Made by a program: the position numbers and the translations under genes
Shown: in pieces, positions 13,401-26,700 of the stretch
How positions within the stretch are numbered: position 1 is the first letter of the stretch
Layout of the letters: the number at the start of each line of letters is the position of its first letter
Origin: Ascidiella aspersa
Taxonomy: Eukaryota
Assembly (NCBI GenBank): GCA_963924565.1
Contig: OZ004609.1
Location: 28,830,001-28,894,000 of the forward strand
Direction: 5' to 3'
Length of the DNA: 64,000 nucleotides
The notes under the pieces: model-generated
Told to the model about the DNA's origin: nothing
Databases searched by the model: none
The model's input: the letters and a program-made list of their open reading frames with translations, nothing else

Positions 13401-16400
13401 CGGGAGATTACAGTTCATCACACCCAGCGTATTCAAGACTGCCCAGTGTCACTATTTCGCCGACTCCAAGACCTCATAAAATTCCATTCGAAAGTCCCTT
13501 GGCACTGTAGCGCCGCAGACGCCAGCAGTTTACAACATTGTTGAAAAGCGGTCGATGTCGACGACCGACGTACATTTTGTCTCCGCCAGGCCGAAGCGTG
13601 GCGCGCGGCCAAAACGAAAACTCTGCTCAAGAGTGATTGATTTGTTCGTATTTATTGCTGGGGATTACCTTGCCGGAGTCTGGCTTTGTTTGTGATTGCG
13701 TTTGCAAATCCCCCACGCGAGTGCAACGCGTGGAAGTTTCGTCCTTCTAAAAACCCAGAGCGAAGTAAGTTGTGTTAAGTATGCCTCGTGGTGGTGGTTT
13801 TCTTTGGGTGATTTTAGATTTCCTCAAGTTACCTGGCACGGACGAACTTCCAATGCATAAAAAACAGCAATTCCATGTTGAAAAGCAATAAACATGGTAA
13901 AAATAGCTTTTATAAGAAAGCATTCGTGTTTGCTGAATATATTTTGCAGTATTCGGTTAAGATAATTTTTATTGCCAAAAGCTTCTACAACAAATACAAT
14001 ATTGCTGAAGACTGAATAAAACAGTATGAAAAAATGCAAGTTAATCGAAGACTCTCACCCCGGCTATCAATCACCGATCCGATAACGAGGCCATCTAGGT
14101 TGACGCCCGGCTCCATTAAAACGTCTCCCCCACACTCTGTCGCGCAGGAAACAATTAGGTGAGTAACTCGCCGCCGAGCCCTTTCCCCGGGGAATGACCA
14201 AACGCCTCCAATTGCTCGGCTTGACCATTGACCAGTGCTTATACCGTAAAAAATGACCTCGTTTCGACACGAGAACCGTGCTGCGGTGTTTAGCCAGCCA
14301 AACGTGATGGAGCGGTTGTTTAACGCTTTTCCAATTTACCTCATATAGTAGGCTGTATTACAGCGACGAGTCTCTATCGTAAAACGTCAGAATTTTTTTA
14401 CGTCGCCTTGATGAGTCATTCATAATTTCGAAATCAGACGCGTCATATCTCGCGAGATAAAACATTTAAAATCAAAATCGCGCCTCTTTCTCCCAACCGA
14501 CGCCCGGCCGTCTCGTGACCGGAGCGATAGGATCGCTCGAAAAAAACTGTTCAAACAAACTTTATTCCACTCCCGCCCACTCGTGACGTCACGCAGCCTC
14601 CCGACTCGAACCGTCCCTCCACGGGGAAGCGCACGCTAATCCCGGGATGCGCTGAAAGTGGAACACCGGGCATGGCTTAATGCGAGATAAAGGCGGTCGG
14701 GAAGCAGCGAATTTGGACTTTGGCGCTGGGACGAACCTCGGATGCCCGATCCCGGCGCGCAGATTCAAAGGCATCAGCAAGTTGCCTGTTGACAAAGCGC
14801 TCCAGGTTGCGTGACCGGCACGTGTTTGTCTAGCTGCACCGGCCCACCACAGCCGGGTCCGAGGGCGCCGAAAGCCCTTTCCGGATCTTGTCCTAATGGA
14901 AGGGCCAACAACGGCGCTTGTGTGTCGAGCGTGTGTATTCGCGCCTGTACAGCAGAAAACCGCGTCTTCATTACCCCGGAGCACTATAGGCGCCAATGGC
15001 CGCCCCCGAAAAATGTCCGTGACAATGTTGCGATCGATGGGTGCTGGCACACCGCGCGTCACCCGACCCGCCGAACCCGCCGCTTTTAATTAAATCAGAG
15101 CCAAACTGGATTGCGAAACGCGGCCCGCCATAAACATACCAACTTATTAAGCGAAAAACCGCGCGTCTGCCAACCGACGCCGGGTATTTACTCCGCTTTC
15201 GCCGTTATCTGTATAAAGATGTAATTGACTCAATACACCAGTCGTCATAGAAAAACTGCCTCTGCCGAAGGTACGGGGTTTCAAGGTGTTCTCCATTGTA
15301 GGTGAGTGCCTTACAGATTTTTTTAAGAGGCACGAGTCGTACTGCGTTGGGTTCAGAGCATTGATGTCCCCTCGCGATAACATTGTCCCGGGCGGGCGGC
15401 ACTTTGCATTCCGCGCGGGGCTCGGGTTTTATTATGGACGGGGAGGGACCTAAGATAAGACCAGTGTTTGCGCGCCTTGTGTTTGGTTTTCGTTTCTCAT
15501 TCCGCGTTTTACGTTTTTAGGCGAGGTGACCCTTTCACGTCGCAAACCGGCGAAATTCGGCGGCGAGCCTTTAAGACGTAACAAGAGCGTCGCGTTGATT
15601 CGCGATAAAATCTCTCCACTATTCCCCCATTCTTGGGTCGCGAGCCACCTGGCCGTGACGTCACAAACACGCACCTTGGGCGCCTCGAGTGTGCAACGCG
15701 CTGATGCCATCGTCCGGGTGTCGGCTGTCAACTAATCTGCGAGAAAGCGAAAATCCGTCAGCCCTAATCCATTGCCGGGCGTTTCCAGTTTCCGCGATGG
15801 ACACAGCGCCGCCGCTATTAGCGCCGCTCTTGGCTGTAAAGCGAGCCGTCCGCGCGAGTAGATTAGGTTCTTGAACGCCTGAACGTGATCCCCTGTACGA
15901 GCTGGGCGCTATTTTTAGTGCCCGATTTTTGGCACCGGGAATTGACTTGCGATGCTATAGTGCTGCGTGCTGGACCATGCGGTAATGGTTTATCGCGCCG
16001 CCCGGTGCTGGTATGAAGCCAATATGGCCTCCCTCGAACATTGTTGACACAAAAAAGCCTGAGAGACGAAAAGGGGACTGTTTTTACCGGCCTTACATAT
16101 TGATTAACAATTACAAATGAGGAATTATTATCTGCAGGAACGTTTCTGCAGCAAATCTAGTTCGATACGAGTGAAGCTTTGCTTTGGCCAAGAAACAGAT
16201 ATATCTATGTTCTGTTTGATTGGTAATAAATAAAGTAAGATGTTTGTTTTCAAAGAAATGAACAACAGCCAGAGGAACTGTCAGAAAATAGTTTTCTGGC
16301 ACAATGTTAAGCTCTAATAAGTCATTTACTCCCGTTACACGTAATGAAAACTGTCGCTGGGCCAGCCCCCGTCCCTGATTCCATTAGCGCAGACCTGGTC

Positions 16401-16674
16401 CCGACCCCGGTGGTGTCCCCCAGGGTCTGGCGGTTAATCCGGGCAGATAATCCTCGTCCGGTCTCCCCTCCCGCTATACTCCATAGACCGCTCTATCGCG
16501 CGTCAATTAACAGGCTTGTAATTCGAGCTTAATCGATCGGGGCCGAAGAACGACTCGCTGCTTCGCCAGTGCTGTCAGGTTGTCGCAAGGGGGCCGGTCG
16601 AAGCTTGATTCATGCTCCCCTGGCGGGGTGCTGGCAGACTGGGTAGCGGGCCATACGGTGAATCCGCCCTTTCT

Positions 16675-17101
16675 GTGCCTTGCTACAAAGGGTTTTTGAG
16701 CTAATATGCTACAATGAACAGGCGCAAGCCTGCGTCACGGTTTTAAGGAACCTCAATCGAGCGTTGTGCATTGCGATTTGGATATTTCTTGCCCGCTGCA
16801 TTTGTATGTTGTACAGTCGGCCGATTCCGTGCTTTGCCACCAACGTTTTACTTTCAGTTAATACGCTTAAACGAACAGGCGCATGCTTAAGGAATCCTAA
16901 TCCAGCGTTGTGCGTTGCGATTTTGACCTTTCCTGCCGGCTGCATTTGTATGCTGTACAGTCGGCCGATTCCGTGCCTTGCTACGAAAGTTTTTTCAGTT
17001 AATACGTTAAAACGAACAGGCGCATGCTTAAGGAATCCTAATGGAGCGTTGTTCGGTGCGATTTGCATATTTATTGCCCGCTACACTTGGATGCTGTACA
17101 G
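16675..17101. repeat. Minisatellite, ~141-bp unit, ~3 copies
   Basis: Anchor gaacaggcgca at 16716, 16873 and 17014; shared ttaaggaa...gcgttg...tgtacag blocks. Confidence 0.9.
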
Positions 17102-20100
17102 AGCTAGGTCACAGACACCCAACCGGTGTTGGAGGTGTTCAAGTCGGAAACGATGCCAGCTGTCGGTCCCCTGCGACCTGTCGGCATTCCACTGACTCAC
17201 TGTGGCTGGGAGATACCAAAATATAAGTGTGTGGTTGTTTTGAACTGGTTCGAGATTGATAAGCGAGATTTCCAGACGCATTGCCGCAATGCTTACGCCG
17301 AATTAAAGTAAAAACATGCAGCTTCAAGTTATAATTAAGATCGACTGCTTTCCATATTCTTGCAGGAGAGTCCGGCAACTTTACCTGTCATGCACCGGGA
17401 CTTTGCCATCGCTTGGTTACTGTGTTTTTAATGGGGAAACATCGCCCAATCGACTGCAGTTTATTTATCGTTTACCGTCCAACCGGCATCTGGCCTAAGG
17501 TCCTTTAACGAATGCATTGGCCGCGTTTTTGCCCCCCACGGGACCGCTGTTGTAGTCGCTGCCTTCTCGTTGTTGTTGTTTACGCTACTCACGAGCCGGC
17601 TGTCTTCTTGCTTTGGCAAATTACAGGCGTGCTTTATGACTGTATAGCTGAATTTGTTTAGAAATTATAGCTGACCATGGCAATTCAATTGGACATACAC
17701 TGTGTTTTCATGTCCGCTTTACCTCACTTATTTGCTAAACTTCTTGGTTGCAACGAATTGGTGATGTTTAATTCAAGCCCTATATGGAAATATTTTGGCC
17801 ACGGCTAAGCTAAATTATCCATGGAAACGAGGAATAAATCCACTTCTTATTTAATTAAATTTGGTTTTGGCTTAGTTCTGTAAGGCGTGAACGCAAAAGG
17901 TTCCATGCGCAAAATTGCGGGAACATTACGAATCGCTTTGCAGCAATTATTCCGCAATAACAGCGCCCAACGGCGTTCGATTCTTGAAGTGAAAGCACGA
18001 CGCTCTCGGAAGGATGCAATTATGCGCGACCGCACGTCACCTCGTAGCAATCGCTACAAAGACGAGTCAGCACTTGAAAGGTGTTTACAATGACAAAGCG
18101 AAGGCGTTTGACGGGCGAAGAAAGCGAGTCTGGCGCACTTGAAGGACCCGCGTTAGCGCAAAACCGCATGCTGTGCTGTGAAAGAAAACGCCATACTTAC
18201 GCGATAACAAAACGGTAGAAAGACGCAGCATATAGCCAAAGTTTTTTACAGGCTGTTATTACGCGTCGCACTTTTACCGGGCGCTCGAAATCTCTCTAAA
18301 ACCGTCGTTGATCCGCGTCATCGCCGAGATTAGGCAGTTTCTAGCGATACGCGTCCGTAGCGCAATAATGGCAGACGTCGTGAAGCCTTAATAACACCTC
18401 GGCGCCTGTTTTCGGCGCAAATCTATGACTCCGGCAGATGCTACATCAAACCGCGCCGTTTCTCAATGTAAAGTGAACTTGTCTTCGCGCATATGTCATT
18501 GTTACTATAAACTTAAGGTGACTCTTAAAGCTGGTTAATCTACCAGAAACCATATGTGATCTCCAAATAACTGACCGCCTTTTAAGGTAATTTAGGCAAT
18601 GTAAGCTTTCTCCATTGCAATAATACGACTGAGTAAAACGAGGTGGTTAAAAAGAGGCTATTTACCCGGCTAACGAAGTTCATCACTAATGGGTGTATGC
18701 TTGCCCGGTAAACCGAGTTATTTAAATGGATTAGGGAATAAATCGTGTAAATATGCCAGGGAAAATTCAATTGAATTATATCCCCAACCAAACCCATACC
18801 TAACCCAAAAACGACGCAATGTCTTAAGAATGCGCTAAAACTCAATGTACAACAAAAACTGTGATTATGCGTACTGAAGGCGATACATGGCAAATAGCCT
18901 CTGCCCAAGCTGGCTATTTAACAAGCCTGACACACACAAAAAAAATTTGCAGGCCAATTTGTTGTCTGTTGTTTCGTTCGAGTTTATATCGACGACTATA
19001 CTTTGCCATGTGCAATATTTGCAGCGTTTGGAAATTAATGCATAGCTTGATGACGGCAACCGAGACCAGTGGCATATGGAATGTTGGGTGGTCGATCGAT
19101 CGATGTAGGCACAGGATTGATGAAGCACGCCCCACTGCTTGTCACACTAATTTCGCGCAATTGATGTCGCCCAATTCCATACAAATCGCAATGCTTCGCT
19201 GACGGCTTATATGGGGGGCACCAACTTGAATCGAATGCGCGCTGATTTGTTTCTTGCGAGATAAACACCTGAATGACACAGCGCTTTTTTCCACGTCAAA
19301 GTTTTACTTCTAACTGCCAATGATCAAAATCTGACCTAAAGCCGACATGAAAATTCACTATGCGGATTGGCTGACTTTGAACTAAGGTTAAAGCAGGTCT
19401 CCGGCAGTCTGACTGTGAGCTTTTAAACTCCTGTGTTTCGTCCCAATTATCGCCTTTATCGTACTCGATCGGCGGGCGACTTTGCACAAAATGCCCACTT
19501 AATCGACACTGAACATTGGCGCGTTTGTCAAGGTTGCGCGACTTGCGTTTTTTCGGGAACATTTCGATGAATATCCGCCATCGTGATAGGGCCTTTTTGC
19601 CCGCTTCGGTGTCATTTTTGTGGGTAATGGACGCAGCGCTGATGCGCTTCTAATCTACAACTTTGCGCGATCGAATCGAAGTCAAAGAAACCGTCGTTTG
19701 TCACTCTTCATGTGCCCCCTCGCAGACCCGACCTTGCGTTTGAGTTTGATAAAGGCAAGATAAAGCGTCGCATACGTGCCACCGAAATCAGATGGCGAGG
19801 TTCGGCTCTACCAGGCGGGCCAGGCTAATTCCCGCCTCCTTTGGGGGATCAGCGTAATCAAATACGATCCCGCGCGCGCTTCAATTTCAAACGCTTTGCG
19901 GCTGCGCTCGATATCAAAAGCGAAGGCCAATTGCAAACGCTCCTTTTCAGCTACCTTTGTGCACTTGCAAGTGTTCGCGCCGCCACCTCTTTGATCAACG
20001 TTTTGGCAGCTGGAGGTGACAAGCGGGGTATCAGACTGCGGTGTGTATTGCTCCGACTGGGTGCATTTGGCGCAATAAACAGGGCATCGCTGTTTACGAC

Positions 20101-20585
20101 GGCCGATTTTAACTTCTGAGGCGCTAGCCGCCCCTAAGCATGTTGATTTTCGTATGATAAGTTACTGCATTTGCATAGTACCTAGAAATACAGCTTTCGA
20201 AGTTACTGCTCTAATTACGCGACGTTTAAGAGTATAGGTAACACCCTTGCCTACTATATTTCAAATTTTTCAGTTTTCCGACCAGCATTTGTACAAATAT
20301 TTGGTTAATGGCTGCAACACGTACATTCACGTCAATTGAAAGCAATGTGAAAAAGGAGCCTGAAGCCTCCTTAACGCACAATATTTAAAGAGGTTCTAAA
20401 GTAACATTTTTGGAGTTGCAAACGATATTTACGGCAATAAATATCGCTTTGTATTCCTTGAATTGTGTCTCTATTATGTTCTGTCTGAAATTCACACAAA
20501 CTGTATTGATAGTGTTTGTTTCCCCACTATTTGACAAAAGTCGAGTACTAAGCCATAACAATTAAACAAATCTCATCGCATTCAG

Positions 20586-20740
20586 ACTTGCGGGACGAAT
20601 TCCGAGTGACGCCGGCCGATACGATCGGAATCCGGGGCAGGCAAGTCAACCTCAGATGCCAGGCGCCCAGGGGAGTCCCCGAAGCTACCATCTCTTGGCA
20701 GAAAGGAACCAAGCCAATTAAATCGAGCAATCGCATTCAG
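20586..20740 (+). CDS. ROBO: Robo exon, Ig2 N-half (LRDEFRVTPADTIGIRGRQVNLRCQAPRGVPEATISWQKG)
   Basis: ttcag| acceptor, cag|gttcgt donor; Robo Ig2 signature; not captured by the ORF track. Confidence 0.92.
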
Positions 20741-23700
20741 GTTCGTGCATAGGCTTATTTACATTGAGAGTTCAAACATCATTAAACTGCCATCAAGTGT
20801 ATGTTAACATGCAGCACTTTCGTATGCTTGATAACTTGTGCAAAAGTACATTTCTTAAAAAAAATGTTTCCTTTTTTGCTACGTGTTGTGGTATAATCCT
20901 TTTTGATCACCGATGGACAGAGAATTGTACAGTTTCTTGATCACCTGAAACTCATAACATCGCCTGGCAAAGTTGCGAAACAATGTTTGCTAAACACCCA
21001 CGAACCAATAATCGTGCCATCCTATATTCGAGTATTTTACATCTATTTTTTTTCTTCGTTTGCGCAAAGTACAAACGCTAATCTACTGATAACGTTGTCT
21101 TCAGATAACGAAAGGAAACTTGGTAATCAGACGCGCGCAGAAGAGTGACTCCGGGTCGTACGTGTGTGTGGCAAAGAACATTGCTGGGGTGAAGAGGAGC
21201 ACTTCGGCCATACTCAAGATTAACGGTAAGTTGTTTTTTATTATTGTTTTTTTTTTTTTTTTTTGAATAGGAAATTCAACAATTCGCACTTGACTGTTTT
21301 CGCACTCGACGCTTGCTTTGATGAAATTTTTTATGGACGGAACCCGAATTATAGGAAGCAATAGACTCTCAACATTAGAACCAATATAGATTTTTAAACG
21401 CTATGCAAACATTAGGATTAAGCATTTGTTTATCTTCAATCTGACAAAGAAAGCCTAAAAATAATTTCAAGCCGAATTGAAACCCAATATGTGTAAATAA
21501 ATAAAAAACAATACTGAAGAAGTTTTGTTGTATTTTGTTCCTGATATCAATATTTCGATCTTCCCTGTTTTTCGTTTAGAAGTTGCGCCATGACCGTTAC
21601 ACCAAGATAGGAAATTGCAGCAATTGGGCAATCATGCCCAGGGTAATTCTTTAATACCGAACAAATATGCTCATAACCTCAGGAATGCGATCCATCAAAC
21701 CGCCCTTGCTTCCAACAATAAAGATGGGACCGCCCTAATTTAAATGTAACGATTCGCGGAACGAAAACGAGACGAACATATTTGCCCCGTAACCGATATG
21801 TTTGCAAAGTCAAGCGGTCAGGACGCATCGAAAACAGCTACGATTTTCTCCGAATGTGTCTCTCTCGGCGAACAAGTAATTGCCCCCGAGGTGCGTTTTT
21901 CCTGTATAAATCGCCCGTAAAATCCTGCCCAATTTTAGCGTAATTTCGCGAGGGCCAAATGGAGGAACAGGAGGGGATTTTTAGCGCCATTCTTAGCCTT
22001 TTACAGCACGATTTCCCTGTTTGCGGACCCAACCCTACAAATTCCGCGTCGGTTTTACTGCTCTATGCCCGAGCGCGAGGCTTGTTGGGAGGTTCGTAAG
22101 CATCGGGTTCTTTTGATACGGCTTTGTTTTTCTTTTCTGATTCAATTATGCGGACCACACACGCGTCCCTCGACGTTCAAAATACAGCTGCCCGTCATAG
22201 TGCCAAGTTCGCCGTTTTTACCTATAGAGGCAGATGTTTACGTTTCGGCAACCTTCAAGTAATGCATCGGGCCGTCGCCTTTACGCAATCCTGTTCTCGA
22301 CGCTGGAATGTTAATAGAGATAATTCTGTTTTCGTTCGTTCCGGCCGCACTTTTTCCCGACCTTAAATCGTCACTTTGCGTCGGGAGACGATCGATTGGT
22401 GATTTTAGGCGCGCGCGCTAAAATTTAGCGAATCCGAAACAATTACCGAATTGTGTTGACGCGCCTCGCGCCGCGTCTCTGTTTGTTTGCACTGCGCTGC
22501 CATCCGCGAAATGTCTTCAGTTGACGCGCAAATGTCCGCACTCCTTGTCAGTTGGCTGTGTTTGTCTTGCCGAAACTTGAAACGCGTTTTAGCGCGTCAC
22601 GCTAGTTCGTTAATCTCTTTCGAGCCCAAGCTGACTTAACGTAAATGGACTGTATCTGTTAAAAAGCCTTGTAAATTGAAACGCGTTTTTCAGGTCGTTT
22701 AAAAGCGGACCCGGTGTATTTCGAAGCGCGTTTCCTAAAACATTGTCATTAAAAATCAATCTTGCTCTTTTAGCTAAAGCGACTCGACTTTATGACATCC
22801 CGGGCATATAAAATGATTTTACTTTATTATGTCCGAATTGGCCGTGCGCTTGTCCCATTAAAACCTAGATAAAATCGTGTTCGTCTGTTAACGATTCACG
22901 TTCGAGGTTTCGGATTACCGATTGCAGTGTCCTGGTTTTATATCGCTTTTGAAAAAGCTCTCACAAAACGTCAACAGTTGTCCCGCAGCAGAGTTTCTGC
23001 AGCGATCGAAGGTGCTACTCGCAGCATTTGGCTTGGCGGGCAGCGTTACAGGGTGAAGTGTCGAGATACAAAATACACAGACGGCCGGTCTGCGGCTGCC
23101 TTCGTCGTCCATTGAACGCCGGCAATCGAGTTAGAGCGGCTTGGAGTCCAGTTACGGCGAAAGTCATTCAAGTTGTTTTTCGCGCTGGGTGGCTCTGCTT
23201 TGGGTGGCCTTTGTTAAGCGGCGCAAGCGATCGGGATAAAGTGATAGTCCACGGACGTTAAGCACAAAGCCCCGTCGCCGGCTAACGTTCCGGGTATAAT
23301 GCGATTCGAACGAGGCCCGTTCCGTTCCGCCGCTCGATCTTTTCTGCAGCGTCTCAGGAGAACCAGTGGCGACATCTGCCGCCCCCTATTTACTCGCTTT
23401 AAACTGCTGCAGAGCTCAAGTGCCCCCAACTGGCTCAACCTGGGCGAACATCCGCCATATGCAAAAAGGGATATCACAAAACGACCCACGTGCCGTATTC
23501 CTGGGTATATGCGTTTTTTGGCATGGAAAACTCGGCATTTCCTTTATACAGTTCTGTACAATTGCCGGTGTTATTTTACAGTGCGTTCTTTGACCTGCTG
23601 CATTGTACATTTACATGAACTATACGAGAGTGTTTATTTAAATGAACTATACAAAAGTACCACGCTAACCTAATTATAACCCGATTGATTTGTTAGCACA

Positions 23701-26700
23701 CAATAGAAAATATAATGTGCCGTGATTAATGATTGAAAACCTGAAAACAGCATAAGCAGCACCAAAGTGTGTTGTGTGTTTACAGCACTAAAATACCTGT
23801 TAAAGCCTTCTCAGTTGTTCGTCTCTTGGGCTTGCCGTTAGACTGGCCAACTACCAGCAAAGCCAAAGCTGCACAAAAGAAGGGCAATAGAGGCGGAACG
23901 CCTAAGTCGCGATTTGGGTCAAGTGAGCATTATTACCTATATGCTGACCTCGTCGCTCTCAGCAGCCGCATACCACCGGTCGCCCAAATGCCCTGTCGCC
24001 GCTTGGCTTTATCCGGAAGGACTAAAGTGCGTCGCAAACCTTCGACAAGGCTTTCGCGATTTATATGACGGTCTCGTCGTTTTCGAAAGCGATCACCTGG
24101 ATTTAGGCTTGTCCGCCTTAAAGCGTTGAGTGCTAATACACGATAACAACGCCCTGCCGATACTCGTTTAACGTAATAGCCCAGGACCTCCATGTGACAT
24201 CTGCAGCTGCTGGAAATAACCCACGACCTTGAGTGAGGTTAAGAAAGCCGGTGAAACAAAATTTAACGCAATTTTTATTCAAGTTTAAATTTGTTTAGAT
24301 TGCTTGCCTGTAAGTAGTGGTGTTTGGTTTAATATAACCTTGCTGACGCTGCTCTTTTGACACTAGATGCTCGTTGGCATTACTTAGGAGTTACGATTTC
24401 ATGCCAATTCGAGCAAGCCCAATACCATCTATACAGTTAATAATTCATTGCCCTTTCAAATTCAGCTTGATCCTAGCTGTGCGAAATACATATTGCCCCT
24501 GCATTTCGCCAGTTATCGATCCGTGCGATCCCGGGCATTGGGCTGCACGGCGCCACACCGCTTTAATAATTGCCTTATCGAAACAGTAGATGCTCCATCC
24601 GCCCCCCTCCCCGAACATCATATTAGACGGACAACAGCATCGGCTAATACGAAACCAATCGAGCCACTTATCGATTTTGAATGCAGGCTTTGCTGCCTCA
24701 GCAACAGCAGCCCGACCGCCCGACTTTTGTGGAAAATAAATTGAAGCGAGCGCGCGGGCGTACAACGGCCACGCCCGCTGACAAATAATTCGAATCCAAA
24801 AAATCGAAGTCGCACATTATTTATCGATCGACATTGCAGCGGCGGTTCGCACCGGTTTTAATGGCCTCTATACCAAAGCAGCAATCGACTGACTCTGTAT
24901 TTATACAATCTATTGCTGGAAACTTTTCGTTCTGGTTTAAAATCCTTACGCTTGGCAGCTCAAATAAGAAAATGTTGGGAAACAATTACAAAATCGTATC
25001 TTGCTTATTTTGCCCCCAATAAGTTTATCCTATCATTGTTTACTCGCAGTTTTCGGACGCGTCCCTCATTAATTGGTCGCGTCGTCGCCGTCCGCCGTGC
25101 ATTAGGCTTTGGGGGTGAATCGTCCGAACAGCGCCCATGGGGGAGGGGGGGGGGCGGTCGGTCGGCAGGGTTCGGGGTCCATTAATAATTCAGGCGAAAG
25201 ACGAGGGAGAAGGACTTTGGGCGGCCGTGGTGGGCGTCTAATCAACATGTTGCCTCGTGCATAGTTTCGCCACAGCTGTTTTGAGGGAGTTAAAGATAAA
25301 GAGAGAAAGAGAAAGATTCCTCGCCGTCTCTTTTGGGTTCCGTTGTTTTGCGACCGTATGATGTGTAACGTGTCGATTCGCATCTACAGCAAATAATTTA
25401 TATCCGATGCGATCCTATGGAATGGACCCTTTAACAATGCGAATTAAATTGCACGGCAAACATTATGAGGCTACACTAAAATATAAATCATGTGGTGAAA
25501 ATTCCAGAGTATTTTGCGGCCTTCCGGCAAGTATCATTGAAAACAGTTTCCACGCTGTTTCAATTCAATTTAATCTTTGTGCTGCACTTTGCCCTTTGTT
25601 TTCATTTACCGTCGCTGGTGCTTGTCAGAATCGAAACCGGATTTAGATCGACAATCGTGTTTAGATCAACAATCGTCACACGTACAGTAAGCCTACAGAC
25701 ACATGTGCGCCCGCGAAATTGTTTATTTTCCTCTGTCAAGTCGGCCCGGGTGATTTATGTCGCTGCAGTTTTCCGTTACTTCCGTGCGCTCCCAAACCCA
25801 CTCCGCCCTTTTCCACGGACTCACAGTTATCTTATCGCATGAATACTTCAGTTTGTTTGCAAAGGAACACTAATCCACTTTTCACCCGGAGACTATGCAC
25901 TTATACTACACGCCATTCCCGACTTGAGCTGTTAGTGGAAGCGTGAAGGCTGGCGGCCGTGTCTATTAGCACGCCATGAAAAATTAATACTGGGAAAGGT
26001 CCGCTGAAAGATTGTTGCCGCATACTCGCGGCACAGATTCAAAATATTTTCTAAAACTTGCAGGCATTAGGGTAAGATAGAAAACAACATAGCATTAGTT
26101 TATTTTAATTTGAGGTAAAACCTAAAGAAATTCTGTCAATTTATATGGAGATCAAAATATTTCTCCATAACACTGTGTCACCACTCACCAGTCTCCCAAT
26201 TTCTGCTGTATCTTAACTGTATCTTGAACAGGCAAAATACATATAGCAAGGTTTTTATTCGGATTCCGAATATACTTAATGGTATTTGTGGGCAGGCTTG
26301 GGGCTATAACTATGTCCCTTCTTCGTAGAACTTCCAAAGATTGTGGTTGCCCCCAGCAACCGTGACGTCAACACGGGCATTTCGGTGAAGTTGACGTGCG
26401 AAGCGGAGGGCGACCCTCAGCCAGTCATCACCTGGACAAAAAATGGCGCCGAATTGTTGGATGAAAGGTTTGTCTCTCGCGTTAACCAGAGCAAATTTAA
26501 GCTTAACGTTGGGCATAAATTTCACAATTACAACAACTCGTATAACTAACCCTAAAGTGAGAATTTTTAATTTATGAGCTGGATAATATGGTAAAATTGT
26601 TACATTGGCAATACCATTTTCTGGTTCTATTAATACCAGTTAACAAACAATTAGTGTCATTAATTTAATCAAATTTATTAAGTATACCAAAAAACACCGA

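Noticed and set aside
384-20119. Many 60-170 aa ORFs on both strands
   Set aside because: No recognisable domains, many TTG/GTG starts and no phase-compatible splice sites; expected by chance in GC-rich intron blocks.
2165-25141. COE/Ebf-like CCCNNGGG sites (2165, 5791, 14184, 16418, 25134)
   Set aside because: About five sites in 26 kb is close to chance expectation at this GC content.
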